Source: Clostridia bacterium (GTDB lineage: Bacteria > Bacillota > Clostridia > Christensenellales > UBA1242). From it: 64,000 bases of DNA. Shown one piece after another: positions 29,695 through 39,500 of the stretch; the first letter of the stretch is position 1; the number at the start of each line of letters is the position of its first letter. A model generated the notes under the pieces. That model saw only the letters and a list, made by a program, of their open reading frames with translations. It had not been told where the DNA came from and did no database searches. Location of the stretch: positions 6,207 through 70,206 of the forward strand of contig JAFXZE010000008.1 in NCBI GenBank assembly GCA_017541375.1, in the 5' to 3' direction. Both the position numbers and the translations under genes were made by a program.

Positions 29695-30072
29695 ATGTCT
29701 TTTTGGATATTTATCATTTTAGGATTTGCTGGTGGAATTGTAGGAGGTATGGGCTTAGGCGGAGGCACGCTACTTGTGCCACTATTGACACTGGTTGCTG
29801 GTGTAGACCAGCATTTGGCTCAAGCTATTAATTTGCTTGTTTTTTTGCCGACGGGCTTAGTAGCTCTCATTTTGCATATAAAAAATAAGCTAGTGGATTT
29901 TCGTCTGTTTTTTGCTGTTGCGCCAGTAGCTTTGGGGGTGGCAATTGGGTCAGCTTTTTTGGCTCAAGCGATTCAAAGCGACTTACTAGGGCATCTTTTC
30001 GGGGGGTTTCTTATTCTAATTGGGATAATTATGCTAATAAAAGCCATCAAGGATAGTAAGCAACAAAAGTAA
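29695..30072 (+). CDS. TSUP (TauE/SafE) family permease, half-size (4-TM) subunit 2
   Basis: GGMGLGGGTLLVPLLTLVAG motif, 125 aa, 9-nt gap from the first half. Confidence 0.75.
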   Translation: MSFWIFIILGFAGGIVGGMGLGGGTLLVPLLTLVAGVDQHLAQAINLLVFLPTGLVALILHIKNKLVDFRLFFAVAPVALGVAIGSAFLAQAIQSDLLGHLFGGFLILIGIIMLIKAIKDSKQQK

Positions 30073-30174
30073 ATTTGTTTACTACAAAAATTTTTTAAAT
30101 TTCATCAAAAGCCACTGCATTTTTTATTTTTGCTGAAAACACAAGCAAATTGGAGCATAAATGAATATACGGCA

Positions 30175-30245
30175 TAAGCTCATGGCGATGCTATGTAGAT
30201 GGTGTGTAATAACTTCCGCTTGGCGCTTGCTGGATGCTGTGACCA
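30175..30245. repeat. GC-rich intergenic repeat, copy F
   Basis: CATGGCGATGCTATG...CTTCCGCTTGGCGCTTGCTGGATGCTG. It shares TGGCGATGCTAT and GCGCTTG.GGA.TGC with copy G. CGCTTGGCG is the reverse complement of CGCCAAGCG in copies A and B. Confidence 0.6.
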
Positions 30246-30286
30246 CATTGCACAAGAGGTGTGTATGCTTAATTTTTAGTTCGATA

Positions 30287-30314
30287 TTGACATTTTTCTT
30301 TTTTATGGTAAAAT
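30287..30314 (+). promoter_or_regulatory. Sigma-A promoter for the 456-aa repeat protein gene
   Basis: TTGACA-16 nt-TAAAAT with TGG just upstream of the -10. Confidence 0.65.
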
Positions 30315-30352
30315 ATAGCATATTTAACAAAAAGTAAAAGCAAGGATAAATT

Positions 30353-31723
30353 ATGGAATCAAGAGAAGAAGTAGCTACTAAACATAATAGGTGTTTGGGG
30401 GTAACTAGGTTAATTAAAATGATAGAATTACACAATTTGAATCATCCGGAAGATTGTGATGAGATTGGTAAATGGACCTATAATTTGCCAAAGCAAAATG
30501 ATATAATGGAGTATATCAATGAGGACGGAACTGTTGCGTATTATAGAATTGGAGCAGCTATTACCAATTTAAAACAAGGTAAGTTAAAAACTACTCCAGA
30601 GTTGTTTGAGAAAGTTGCTAAAATAATGGTTATTGAGGGAAAAAGTGTCTACAACAAAAAAACGACCTCTCAACCAAATAGTCAAATGGTTAGTAGTAGT
30701 GGCGTAAGAGGACCTCAATTAGCTAATTTAACAAAACTTGTTATAGTAATTAAGCAATGCAATGCGCTCCATCCCGAAAACTGTGATAAAAATGGGAGAT
30801 GGATTCGAAATTTTCCAGTAACTCATGAGCAAGTATATTTAAAGAATCGAGATGGTAGAATAGTTAAATATAATTTAGGTAAAAAAATGTATGATGTAAG
30901 TCGTTCTTCTTTGATTGAGCAACCCGGTGAAGAGATTAAAGAGCTTGTTTATTGGGAAGTTTATCAGCAAATGAAACTTGGTCCAAAAACAAAAAGGACT
31001 AAAAAGCAAATGCAGACACCTCCACTAGTTTTAGAAGTTGACGATGAAATATTTAAATTATTTGATTCACGCAACAATACTGAAAAAGAGTCGTTATGTG
31101 CTGAAAACAAATCGGTTTCAAAACTAGTTGTTAAAAAAGGTATCGGCATTAGTGCGCCTGAAGTATCAAAGCTACTTGCTGTGATTAAGTTACGTAATAT
31201 TCTCCATCCTGAAGATTGTGATGAAAATGGAAAGTGGATTCGAAATTTCCCTGTAGTTCAAGAACAGATATGGTTAAAGAATCGAGATGGTGAAGTAGTG
31301 AAGTATAATTTAGGCAAAAAAATGTATATGACAGGTTTTTCGTCGATTGTTTATTTAGAGAATGAAGAAGTTAATAAACTTGTTAGTTGGAAAGATTATC
31401 AAAAAGGTAAACTTGGCCCAAAAGCAAAAAGGACTAAAAAACAAATGCAGACACCTCCACAAGTTTTAGCTGTTGACGATAAAACATTTAAATTATTTAC
31501 AGCATCTGATGAGACTAATAATAATTCCTTATATAATGAGGCTAAAAATGTTTCAAAAGGGGTTTCTGCTGTAATGTTAATGTTGCAAACTTTAAATGAT
31601 GATGAGATTGACAAGATTAGAAAATGTTTGTGTCCAACTTGTGAAAAAAGTTGTCTTGTAATTCCTCGCGATGCATTGAAAGCGGACAAGAATAGTAATA
31701 AAACTATCAATAGAAGCGAATAG
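30353..31723 (+). CDS. Hypothetical protein built of three tandem ~145-aa repeats plus a Cys-rich C-terminus
   Basis: Repeat core HPE(D/N)CD(E/K)(N/I)GKW(I/T)(R/Y)N(F/L)P...LKNRDG..VKYNLGKKMY...GPK.KRTKKQMQTPP.VL.VDD..FKLF occurs 3 times. Copies 2 and 3 are also near-identical at the DNA level in places. Confidence 0.7.
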   Translation: MESREEVATKHNRCLGVTRLIKMIELHNLNHPEDCDEIGKWTYNLPKQNDIMEYINEDGTVAYYRIGAAITNLKQGKLKTTPELFEKVAKIMVIEGKSVYNKKTTSQPNSQMVSSSGVRGPQLANLTKLVIVIKQCNALHPENCDKNGRWIRNFPVTHEQVYLKNRDGRIVKYNLGKKMYDVSRSSLIEQPGEEIKELVYWEVYQQMKLGPKTKRTKKQMQTPPLVLEVDDEIFKLFDSRNNTEKESLCAENKSVSKLVVKKGIGISAPEVSKLLAVIKLRNILHPEDCDENGKWIRNFPVVQEQIWLKNRDGEVVKYNLGKKMYMTGFSSIVYLENEEVNKLVSWKDYQKGKLGPKAKRTKKQMQTPPQVLAVDDKTFKLFTASDETNNNSLYNEAKNVSKGVSAVMLMLQTLNDDEIDKIRKCLCPTCEKSCLVIPRDALKADKNSNKTINRSE

Positions 31724-31854
31724 TTAATCAAATTTGGAAAAGCATGCTAAAAAGTGTGCTTTTTTATGTTTTATAAAGGGAAATGTTGTTTAAATTTTTT
31801 CTTTTTTTCTTTTTTAACTCAAAATAATAATGACACAAATTTAAGTAGTAAATG

Positions 31855-31915
31855 ATCTTGTGGCGATGCTATTAAGCTCAAGTACTTTGCGCTTGTGGAA
31901 TGCAGAGATGGTGCT
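31855..31915. repeat. GC-rich intergenic repeat, copy G
   Basis: TGTGGCGATGCTATTAAGCTCAAGTACTTTGCGCTTGTGGAATGCAGAGATGGTGCTG. GTGGCGA(T/A)GCTATTAAG matches the reverse complement of copy B (17 of 18). Confidence 0.65.
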
Positions 31916-31966
31916 GTAATGCAATTTTTTATTGGATTTGGCATATATAAGGGGAGGGGTGGGAAA

Positions 31967-32665
31967 TTGATAATAGAGTCGTTTGTTGCGTTTATGAATA
32001 AGATAATGTTTTTTTCTTCATATGTGGACAATGTGTCCAGCTTTCCAAAAACACTATCAGCAACAGAAGAAAAGGAGTGGTTAGAAAAACTAAAGCAAGG
32101 CGACAAAGAAGCAAAAAGCGTGCTAGTTTCACACAATCTTAGACTGGTTGCTCATATCGTAAAAAAATACAGTAATAGCGCAAAAGAGGCTGATGACCTA
32201 ATTTCTGTTGGAGCGATTGGGCTTATAAAGGCGATTGATAGCTATTCGCCAGAAAAAAATACTCAGCTCTCCACTTATGCGGCTCGGTGTATTGAAAACG
32301 AGATTTTGATGCTATTTCGCGCGAATAAAAAACACCAAAATAACTTATCACTCGAGGAAAGTGTTGGAGTGGAAAAAGACGGCAATGAAATAATGCTAGG
32401 TGATATGATTTGTGATAGTGAGCATGATGTGGAAGAAGAGGTTTCTACTCTTATCCTTAACGAACGACTGCGGCGTATTTTAGCGGAAAAGTTATCGGAG
32501 CGTGAGTACAAAATTTTGTGCATGCGCTATGGAATTGGTGGAGGGAAAGAGTTGACTCAGCGTGAAGTTGCTATACAAATGGGAATTTCGCGTAGCTACA
32601 TTAGTCGGCTCGAGAAAAAAGCGCTCTCTAGTCTAAAAGGTGAAGTTGAAGCGCAGCTATTATAG
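31967..32665 (+). CDS. sigK: Sporulation-type sigma factor, pro-sigma-K-like (probable TTG start; alternative ATG at 31919)
   Basis: [45 protein letters not shown]...[17 protein letters not shown]...[15 protein letters not shown]...[15 protein letters not shown]. It tracks B. subtilis pro-SigK (..[39 protein letters not shown]..) closely. GGGGAGGGG RBS precedes the TTG at 31967. Confidence 0.8.
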   Translation: [232 protein letters not shown]

Positions 32666-32699
32666 TTTTTTGTGCTACACTAAATATTGTTATTCTGAG

Positions 32700-32800
32700 T
32701 GTAGCGTGAGAATCTCACTTCTTTTGTAGCGACGCCGCTGCATCTCGGAAGCGCCAAGCGCTTGTAACTCATGATGCCCTTAATAGCTTCGCCACGAGCT
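32700..32800. repeat. GC-rich intergenic repeat, copy B (most complete)
   Basis: Hairpins GTGAGAATCTCAC, TGTAGCGACGCCGCTGCA and AAGCGCCAAGCGCTT, then TAATAGCTTCGCC. Modules are shared with copies A, C, F and G. Confidence 0.65.
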
Positions 32801-32865
32801 AATTAGAGACAAGGTTGCTAAACAAATTAATTATATAAAAGACACAGGGCCAAGTAAATAGAAGA

Positions 32866-32896
32866 TAAAAAACAGGCAATTTTGCCTGTTTTTTGT
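32866..32896. terminator. Bidirectional intrinsic terminator between convergent sigK and the PH-domain gene
   Basis: AAAAAACAGGCAA-TT-TTGCCTGTTTTTTG. Confidence 0.8.
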
Positions 32897-33285
32897 TATT
32901 GTTGCATTTCTCCGTACATGATGTTTCGAGATTTGCGGTCGCGCTCCACGAGCTCGTTGAGAAGGTTGCGCACCTTGTCTGGGTTTTTTATTCGGACTAA
33001 ATCCATAGTGGTGCTAGATGCATCTTTACAGTACACTTTTAGTGTGCCGGTGCCAAAAATGGTATTTGTAAAGGAGGAGAAAATAGAAACATCATCTACG
33101 CGGAAAAGCTGAGTTTCCTCAACACGAATGCTAAAAAAACCAACTTCGGAAATAAGTTTAATCCATTTGCCGGGTTTTTCAATAATAGAATAACGAGTAA
33201 AAGACCAAGGAAGGCCGCACCAGCGTTTGCGGTCATGCCAGTGTTCTATGCAATCAGAACCATATTTTTTTGCGTGATTTGTCAT
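32896..33285 (-). CDS. Bacterial PH domain (bPH_2/YdbS-like) protein
   Basis: ...FTRYSIIEKPGKWIKLISEVGFFSIRVEETQLFRVDDVSI..FTNTIFGTGTLKVY...L.RIKNPDKVRNLL resembles the bPH_2 pattern. GAGGTG RBS before the ATG at 33285, so the track start at 33351 is unlikely. Confidence 0.65.
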   Translation of the reverse strand: MTNHAKKYGSDCIEHWHDRKRWCGLPWSFTRYSIIEKPGKWIKLISEVGFFSIRVEETQLFRVDDVSIFSSFTNTIFGTGTLKVYCKDASSTTMDLVRIKNPDKVRNLLNELVERDRKSRNIMYGEMQQ

Positions 33286-33424
33286 ATTGTTCACCTCACT
33301 TGTTTTTTTTAGTATAGCATAGATAAAATTAAATGTAAACAATTTTGGCATAAAAATTAATTTTTTGGCAATTCAAGAAGTTATATATTTTTTGTATAAG
33401 CAAACAAATTGTGTCGATTTTTGT

Positions 33425-33453
33425 TTGACAAATAAGATAATTTTTAATAAAAT
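33425..33453 (+). promoter_or_regulatory. Sigma-A promoter for the giant lipoprotein gene
   Basis: TTGACA-17 nt-TAAAAT. Confidence 0.6.
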
Positions 33454-33527
33454 TATACTAGTGAAATTTGTGGGCTAGAGTAAATAAAAAACATCTTTAA
33501 AGACAAAATAAATAGTAGGGTAAAATT

Positions 33528-36500
33528 ATGAAATATAAATTTTGTGTATATTTATTTTTAACTATTGTGATTGGAATGGTAACTTGGTTTTCTGGCTGTG
33601 GTGATCAGTACAGTAAGTTAAAAATAGTGGTGAGTACCAGCGAGCTAACCTTTGACCTTGATAATGATGACGCTAGTGAGTACGAAGCAACCTTTACGGC
33701 GACTGTTGATGGAGCTAGTAAAGATATGGTTTCGGGTTTAATTTTGGAGCTATCAGATCAAACAGTAGCCTCTGCGTCAGTAATTAGTGCGGAGAATAAT
33801 AAGTATACTATTAAGGTTATAGCAAAAGGAGCAGGGGAAACTACACTAACCATCAAGACTAAAGAATCAGCTAAAGTATGCTATGAAGGCTTTAAAATAA
33901 TAGTTAGCAAAACTGCAGAAAGTTTGAGTAGTGTTACTCAAAAGTTTTCGATAAAGCGTGGGGATGAATTAAAGCTTTCGTTAGATGAAATGCTACGAGT
34001 TTATCCAGAAAGAATTTATCCTGCGATAGCAACATTTTCTATTTTACCTACTCCAAGTGAAGTAAGAGCAGATGAGGAGTTGAGCGTTTTAGAAAGAGAA
34101 ACAATTGCTGCTTTATGGGATGAGCAATATGGCGATAGTAGACTTTTGGGACTGTCTGTAAAAGATAATGTTTTAATTGCTAGCCCAGAGTGTGACGTGG
34201 GGGTTTTGCAGATATTAGCCGAAGTTAATGGACTATACAGTACTTTTCCAGTATTGGTGTATGAAAAAATCGAAAGCATCCAAATTTATGAAGTTGAAAG
34301 AGATGAGTTTAATAATTGGGTTGCCCTAGCTGAAGACCCTACACTAAACGTACATCTTGCTACAAATGCTAGTGTAGCCAAAAAGTATGCTGTTGTGTTG
34401 GATAATCAATTAAATACAACCCAGTTTCGTGTGGACGAAATTTTTGACGAGACAAACAAATTGACTATAGCGCAGCTTGAAGAATTGGAAATTAGAGGAA
34501 AAACATATACTTGTTTTTCTGTTGGGGGATTTAATGGCGGAGAAACTGTGCTTAGAATAAATGTAGATTTGCTATATGTAAATGACAATGAACAGGCTGA
34601 AGTGTTTACCACAATTCAAAAAGATTTTCCTGTAAAAATTGACACAGCGGTGTCTGGTATAGATTTGAAATGTAGTGATGGTGTTTTTGATGAAATAAAT
34701 CAAGTATATAATATTCAATCAGCATACGCAGCCAATTTATTAGGCGAAAAATTTACAGTCGAATTGTCACCAAAAGCAGCAACAGACCCATCTTTTTCAC
34801 TTGGTGTAGCATCTGATATGCAAGGTTTAGTCAGCGTGTATGTTAGCACAGATGATTTTGTGGAAAAACCTAGTGGGAAAGCTGAAACAGTAAAATATGA
34901 CTGGCAGGCCTCTTCAGCAATTAGGTTAAGAGGTAATTCTGTTATATACATAAAGTATGAAGGGAATGAAAATGCAGCCAAAAACTTTGATATCACCATT
35001 TTTGCAGGATTTGCTAATGAATGCGAGGCCACATTTAGTTTTAAAGTAGTGGATGCAGTGAAAAGTTTGAGTGTTTCTTCTGATGATATCAAATTGGTAT
35101 TAGGAAATGATATTTCGCAGGCTGATGGTGGAATGTTGCTTACAGTATCTGCTGCGACTACACAAGTGGATACTGTGTTAAAGATTTCTTCTAGTGTTGA
35201 TGTGGTCAACATCAAAGAAAGTACTGAGTACGGCAGAACGCCAAGTAATGGAGTATTGACAATCAATTACGAAATAACTGCAAAGGCTGAGGGGCGAACC
35301 GTAATAGAGATTTCCTCACTTAGTGGATATAGTTGTAGGATTGTTTGTAATTGCTATTTGGCTGTGGATAAATCTATAGCAAAGTTATATGTGCAGGATC
35401 AGACAAAAAATAATATAATAAATGTTGATAGTGCCACACTTATAGGAAATGAGCTAAATTTAAGTATGCGTAAGGGAAAAACTATCGATATTGGTTATCA
35501 GATGTTTGAAAACTATTATGATGAATCTTTCAAAGAACACTCCTATTATTTTGAAAACATTTCAGTAAGCAAAGAGATTGAATCAGATGTTTACGAAGAA
35601 ACCTTTGGCTATATTAGTGTAGATAGCTCAGAAATAATCACCAAGCATTCTTTCAAACTTACTCCAAATCAGGCAGCTGAAAATCAAAAATTTAAGATTG
35701 AATTAACAATAGGATTTGTAAAAAAGAGTGGAAACACTTGGAGTGAAGATAGCGTTACACTAAAAATTTTACTAGATGTTATATCGCCTATTAAAGATAT
35801 GTCTTGGGCAAGGGTGATAGATAGTGAACCTGCTACATTTGAGTGTATTGGCCAGTATAATACAGCAACATTATATCCCAAAAATGAAATCTATAGGGAT
35901 GATGAATCTTATCATGCTGAATTCTATTTTGCGTATGACTCCCTGATTGATACAGATATCGGAGTAGAATACTCTATTGATTTGGATTCTAATGAGTTAG
36001 CTTACGCGATAGATTTAGAAAATGTGTTAAGCAATTCTCAGTCATTGCTAAATTGCACCAAGCTTACACTCACATTTTTAAAGTGGCCAGAAGATAACAC
36101 TCAGCAGGCTTTGGACTTGAAAATCACAATCGTAACAATGAAATTTAGAGAGATAAAGCAATTAAGCTGTTATGTATCTTTAAAACATCCTTTAAAAGTG
36201 AATGAGCTGAAGTTAGCTGGAGCAAAAAAACATGCTGTAATATTTGGAGAAGATGATAGTGAGATCTATCAAGAGCGTGATATGGAGCTAAATTCTAGCA
36301 ACATGACTACAGCTGGTAATGAAACAACTTATAGCTTCGCAATAAATAAACTAGCTGGGGCTGAGCGCTTTGATGAAATAGAGCTTTTAATAAATGTTAG
36401 TCCACTCAACGCCCTAAACACACAATATGGAATGTATGTAAAGAATAGTATTAATGGGCAATTTAATCCACCTATAAAAGACTATTTCAAATTTGAGAAT

Positions 36501-39500
36501 AATAGAATTATTTATCAAAAAATTGATGATAAAGATTTTACTGGTCTGGTGACGATTTATATCTATCCATTAGATCACGAAGTGGATGGGGTGGAAGTTA
36601 ATGACCAAATCATAAGAAATGGAACTGATTTAGAAAATCCTACTCCATGGCCATTTATCAAAATTGAGCTTTCAATTTGTAATGGTAGTCAAGGAAATCC
36701 ATATCAGATTTATGACGCAAATGACTTTTTGGATATTTATTCTTTAAGTAACAGTCGTGTTCCCAATAGGTTGCATCGCTATGTATTAAAAAATAATATC
36801 GACCTAAGTAAATTATATATGGAAAAAAGTGAGTTAACCCAAAATAGGTTAGCCCAAATTGGTTCGTTCTTTGAATTTCAAGATATTTTAGAGTCAGAAA
36901 GCAAGAATGGATTTAGTCAAAGATACGCAGTAAGTGGAATAAGGTTAAATAAAGTAGTCTCAGATGAGGACAACAAAAATTATGTAGGGCTATTCTCAAT
37001 TCTTTCTGGAAGTATTACAAATGTTAATTTTAATGTAGACATGGATTTTGCAACCGAGTCGACGATAAATGTAGACTATTTAGGGTTGCTTGCTGGTAAG
37101 GTGAAAAACAAACTTGGAGATTATGAAAATTATACTGATTATAAAAATATAAGCGGTGTAAAAGTGCAAGGTTCGCTTCTAGATATAAAGATTGGTGGAG
37201 TTAATACTGATTTAATCTACATTGGTGGTGTTGCTGGATTAGTTGATAACAATGTTGAGATAGAAAGGCTAAAATTTTCTGGAATTATCGATTTAAACCT
37301 AGCCGCTAATGGAAGAGTTGGTGGAATGTTTGGGAAATCGAATTCTTCTATAGACAATATCTCAAATAATACTGAGTTTAGCCAACAAAGTATTGAACTT
37401 AATGTTTATGCGTCTCCAAATACTCTCACCGATGTAGCTATAGGTGGATTGGTTGGAGAATTTGCTGGAGCAATGATAAGCAATGTGGGTGTTGCAGGAA
37501 AAGTCTATGCGCCTACCTTAGATAGAGTGGGTGGTGTAGTGGGCTTCAATGATGGGGGCAATTTAGTTAACATAAAAACCACGGCTAATGTTGTTGGGCA
37601 CTCAAATGTTGGTGGGGTTGTAGGTTATAATAGCAACAGTGGAGTTTTAACCGCTGTGTATGCAGAAAACTATGTTTCGGACACTATGTTTGAGTATGCT
37701 TTAGCAAGAGGATATAGTAATATCGGTGGTATAATAGGGTATAGCGAAGGTGGCGAGATTTCATATAGCTATGTTCAAACATTTGCGTATAGAATGTTTA
37801 AAAAATTATCTATAAGCACTCAAGCGGACTATGTAGGAGATGTTTGGGGAACTGTTAATGTGGGGGGACTTGTTGGTTTTGCCCAAGATATAACAATTTT
37901 ATCTTGTTTTGCTAATATCAATATTCAATTAAACTGGATCGGTGATGACCCTAAGAATTTGGGAGGTTTGATTGGATGTTGCGAAGGTGGAAAAATTCAA
38001 CATGCTTATGCAAATTGTCGCACATTCAAAGGTGGAAATAGTAGCAATGTAGGTCAATTAATTGGTAAACTTAGCGGATATGTGCAAACAGAAGGATTTG
38101 TTAATGTATTGGGTAGTGAAATCAAAGATGTGTATGGATACGTTTTTGAAGAAAACATAAATGTCCTAGTTGGTAGAGATTTGTCTTGGGTTGGTGAGAT
38201 TATTTTGACTTATACTGCTGATGATGACGAAATTACTATACCACATAGCTTTGATATGGTAGATTATTACTTCGTGTCCGAAGAGGCTATAGAAAATATT
38301 GTAGGTATTACTAATAGAAATCATGAGGAACTACAAAATATCAACCTTAGATACAGATTACCAGTAGAGCATGACGAAGGTGATGTCGAAAAGTGGTTAG
38401 AGGGGGTAGATGATGAAAACGATTACTTACCTCGATTAACAAAAGAAGATGGCTCTCAACTGAATCCTCCTCCAGTAGAAAGTTTGACTATTACTCCCAA
38501 AATTATAGAAAATATTCCAGAAGATGAAGATGTAACAACGGCTGGAGTGAGTGTATTTGATAATGGTGGCCCTATTGGTTTGATTATCGATTTAGCTTAT
38601 AGAGATGGGGAAGATAATGGCATACTTTTGGGGCAAATTGCTGAGATAAAGATAGAAAAACTAGGTGCTTCAACTGAAGTAGACATTACCTCATCAAATC
38701 CTAGTGTAGTTAGTCTTATACTAGATGAAAATGAGCATAATTACAATTTTGAATCAAATAGAATACTACCTAAGGCAATAGGGGCATCCACAATTACTGT
38801 AGTCTCAAGAGCAACCCCTAGCATAAAGGCAATGCTATATATCAATGTAATTTGTTCATCTGGCTTTGGCGTAAAGAAAAATGCTGAAGACATTGTAGGT
38901 ATTAGCATTATCAACGATGGTAGCGAGAATATTTCTTCCTACAATTATAATGTAAGAATAAATGAATCTCAAGTATTGCAAGGTTATTACTTAAACAATG
39001 GTAGTTATGAGCAAAATAATAACGTCGAGTATGGATATATTGTAGATGACGATGAAACAATACTTTCTGCTACGCAAAATTATACCATAAATGTTGATGA
39101 AACTAAAATAGTAGGTGTAAAAGCATATTGGGTTCTTGATTTTGGCGGAGAAAAGTTTATTAGTGAATTCAGTAGTGATATAATTTTCTTTACATTTAAT
39201 CCATATTATCCAATACAAAATTTTGATGTGTCTTGCACAGATGCTACACCGAGTAGTGGAGAATCTACGCGGTTTGTAGCTAGGGTAGAGGCAGAGTATG
39301 TTGGAGATATTAATATTAGTTATAGTGTAACTGGAGACCATGTTGAATATATAGATAAAGTGCAAGTTTTAGTGGTAGATAGTAGCACTCCTAGTAAATA
39401 TAAAGAGCTAAGAGTTGAAGTATATCTAAATGATGAATATAAAGCTATTTCATCACCGTTAGAATACAAATTTACATTTAAAGCTACCACTCAGTATGAG

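Noticed and set aside
30124-30435. 103-aa minus-strand ORF in the spacer before the 456-aa repeat protein gene.
   Set aside because: It overlaps the promoter and start of the + strand gene and repeat copy F. It has no RBS and a Cys/Leu-rich nonsense-like sequence.
31895-31966. N-terminal extension of the sigma factor given by the ORF track (MECRDGAVMQFFIGFGIYKGRGGK).
   Set aside because: This stretch coincides with intergenic repeat copy G and with the G-rich RBS. Homology to pro-SigK starts only after the TTG at 31967. An ATG at 31919 cannot be fully excluded.
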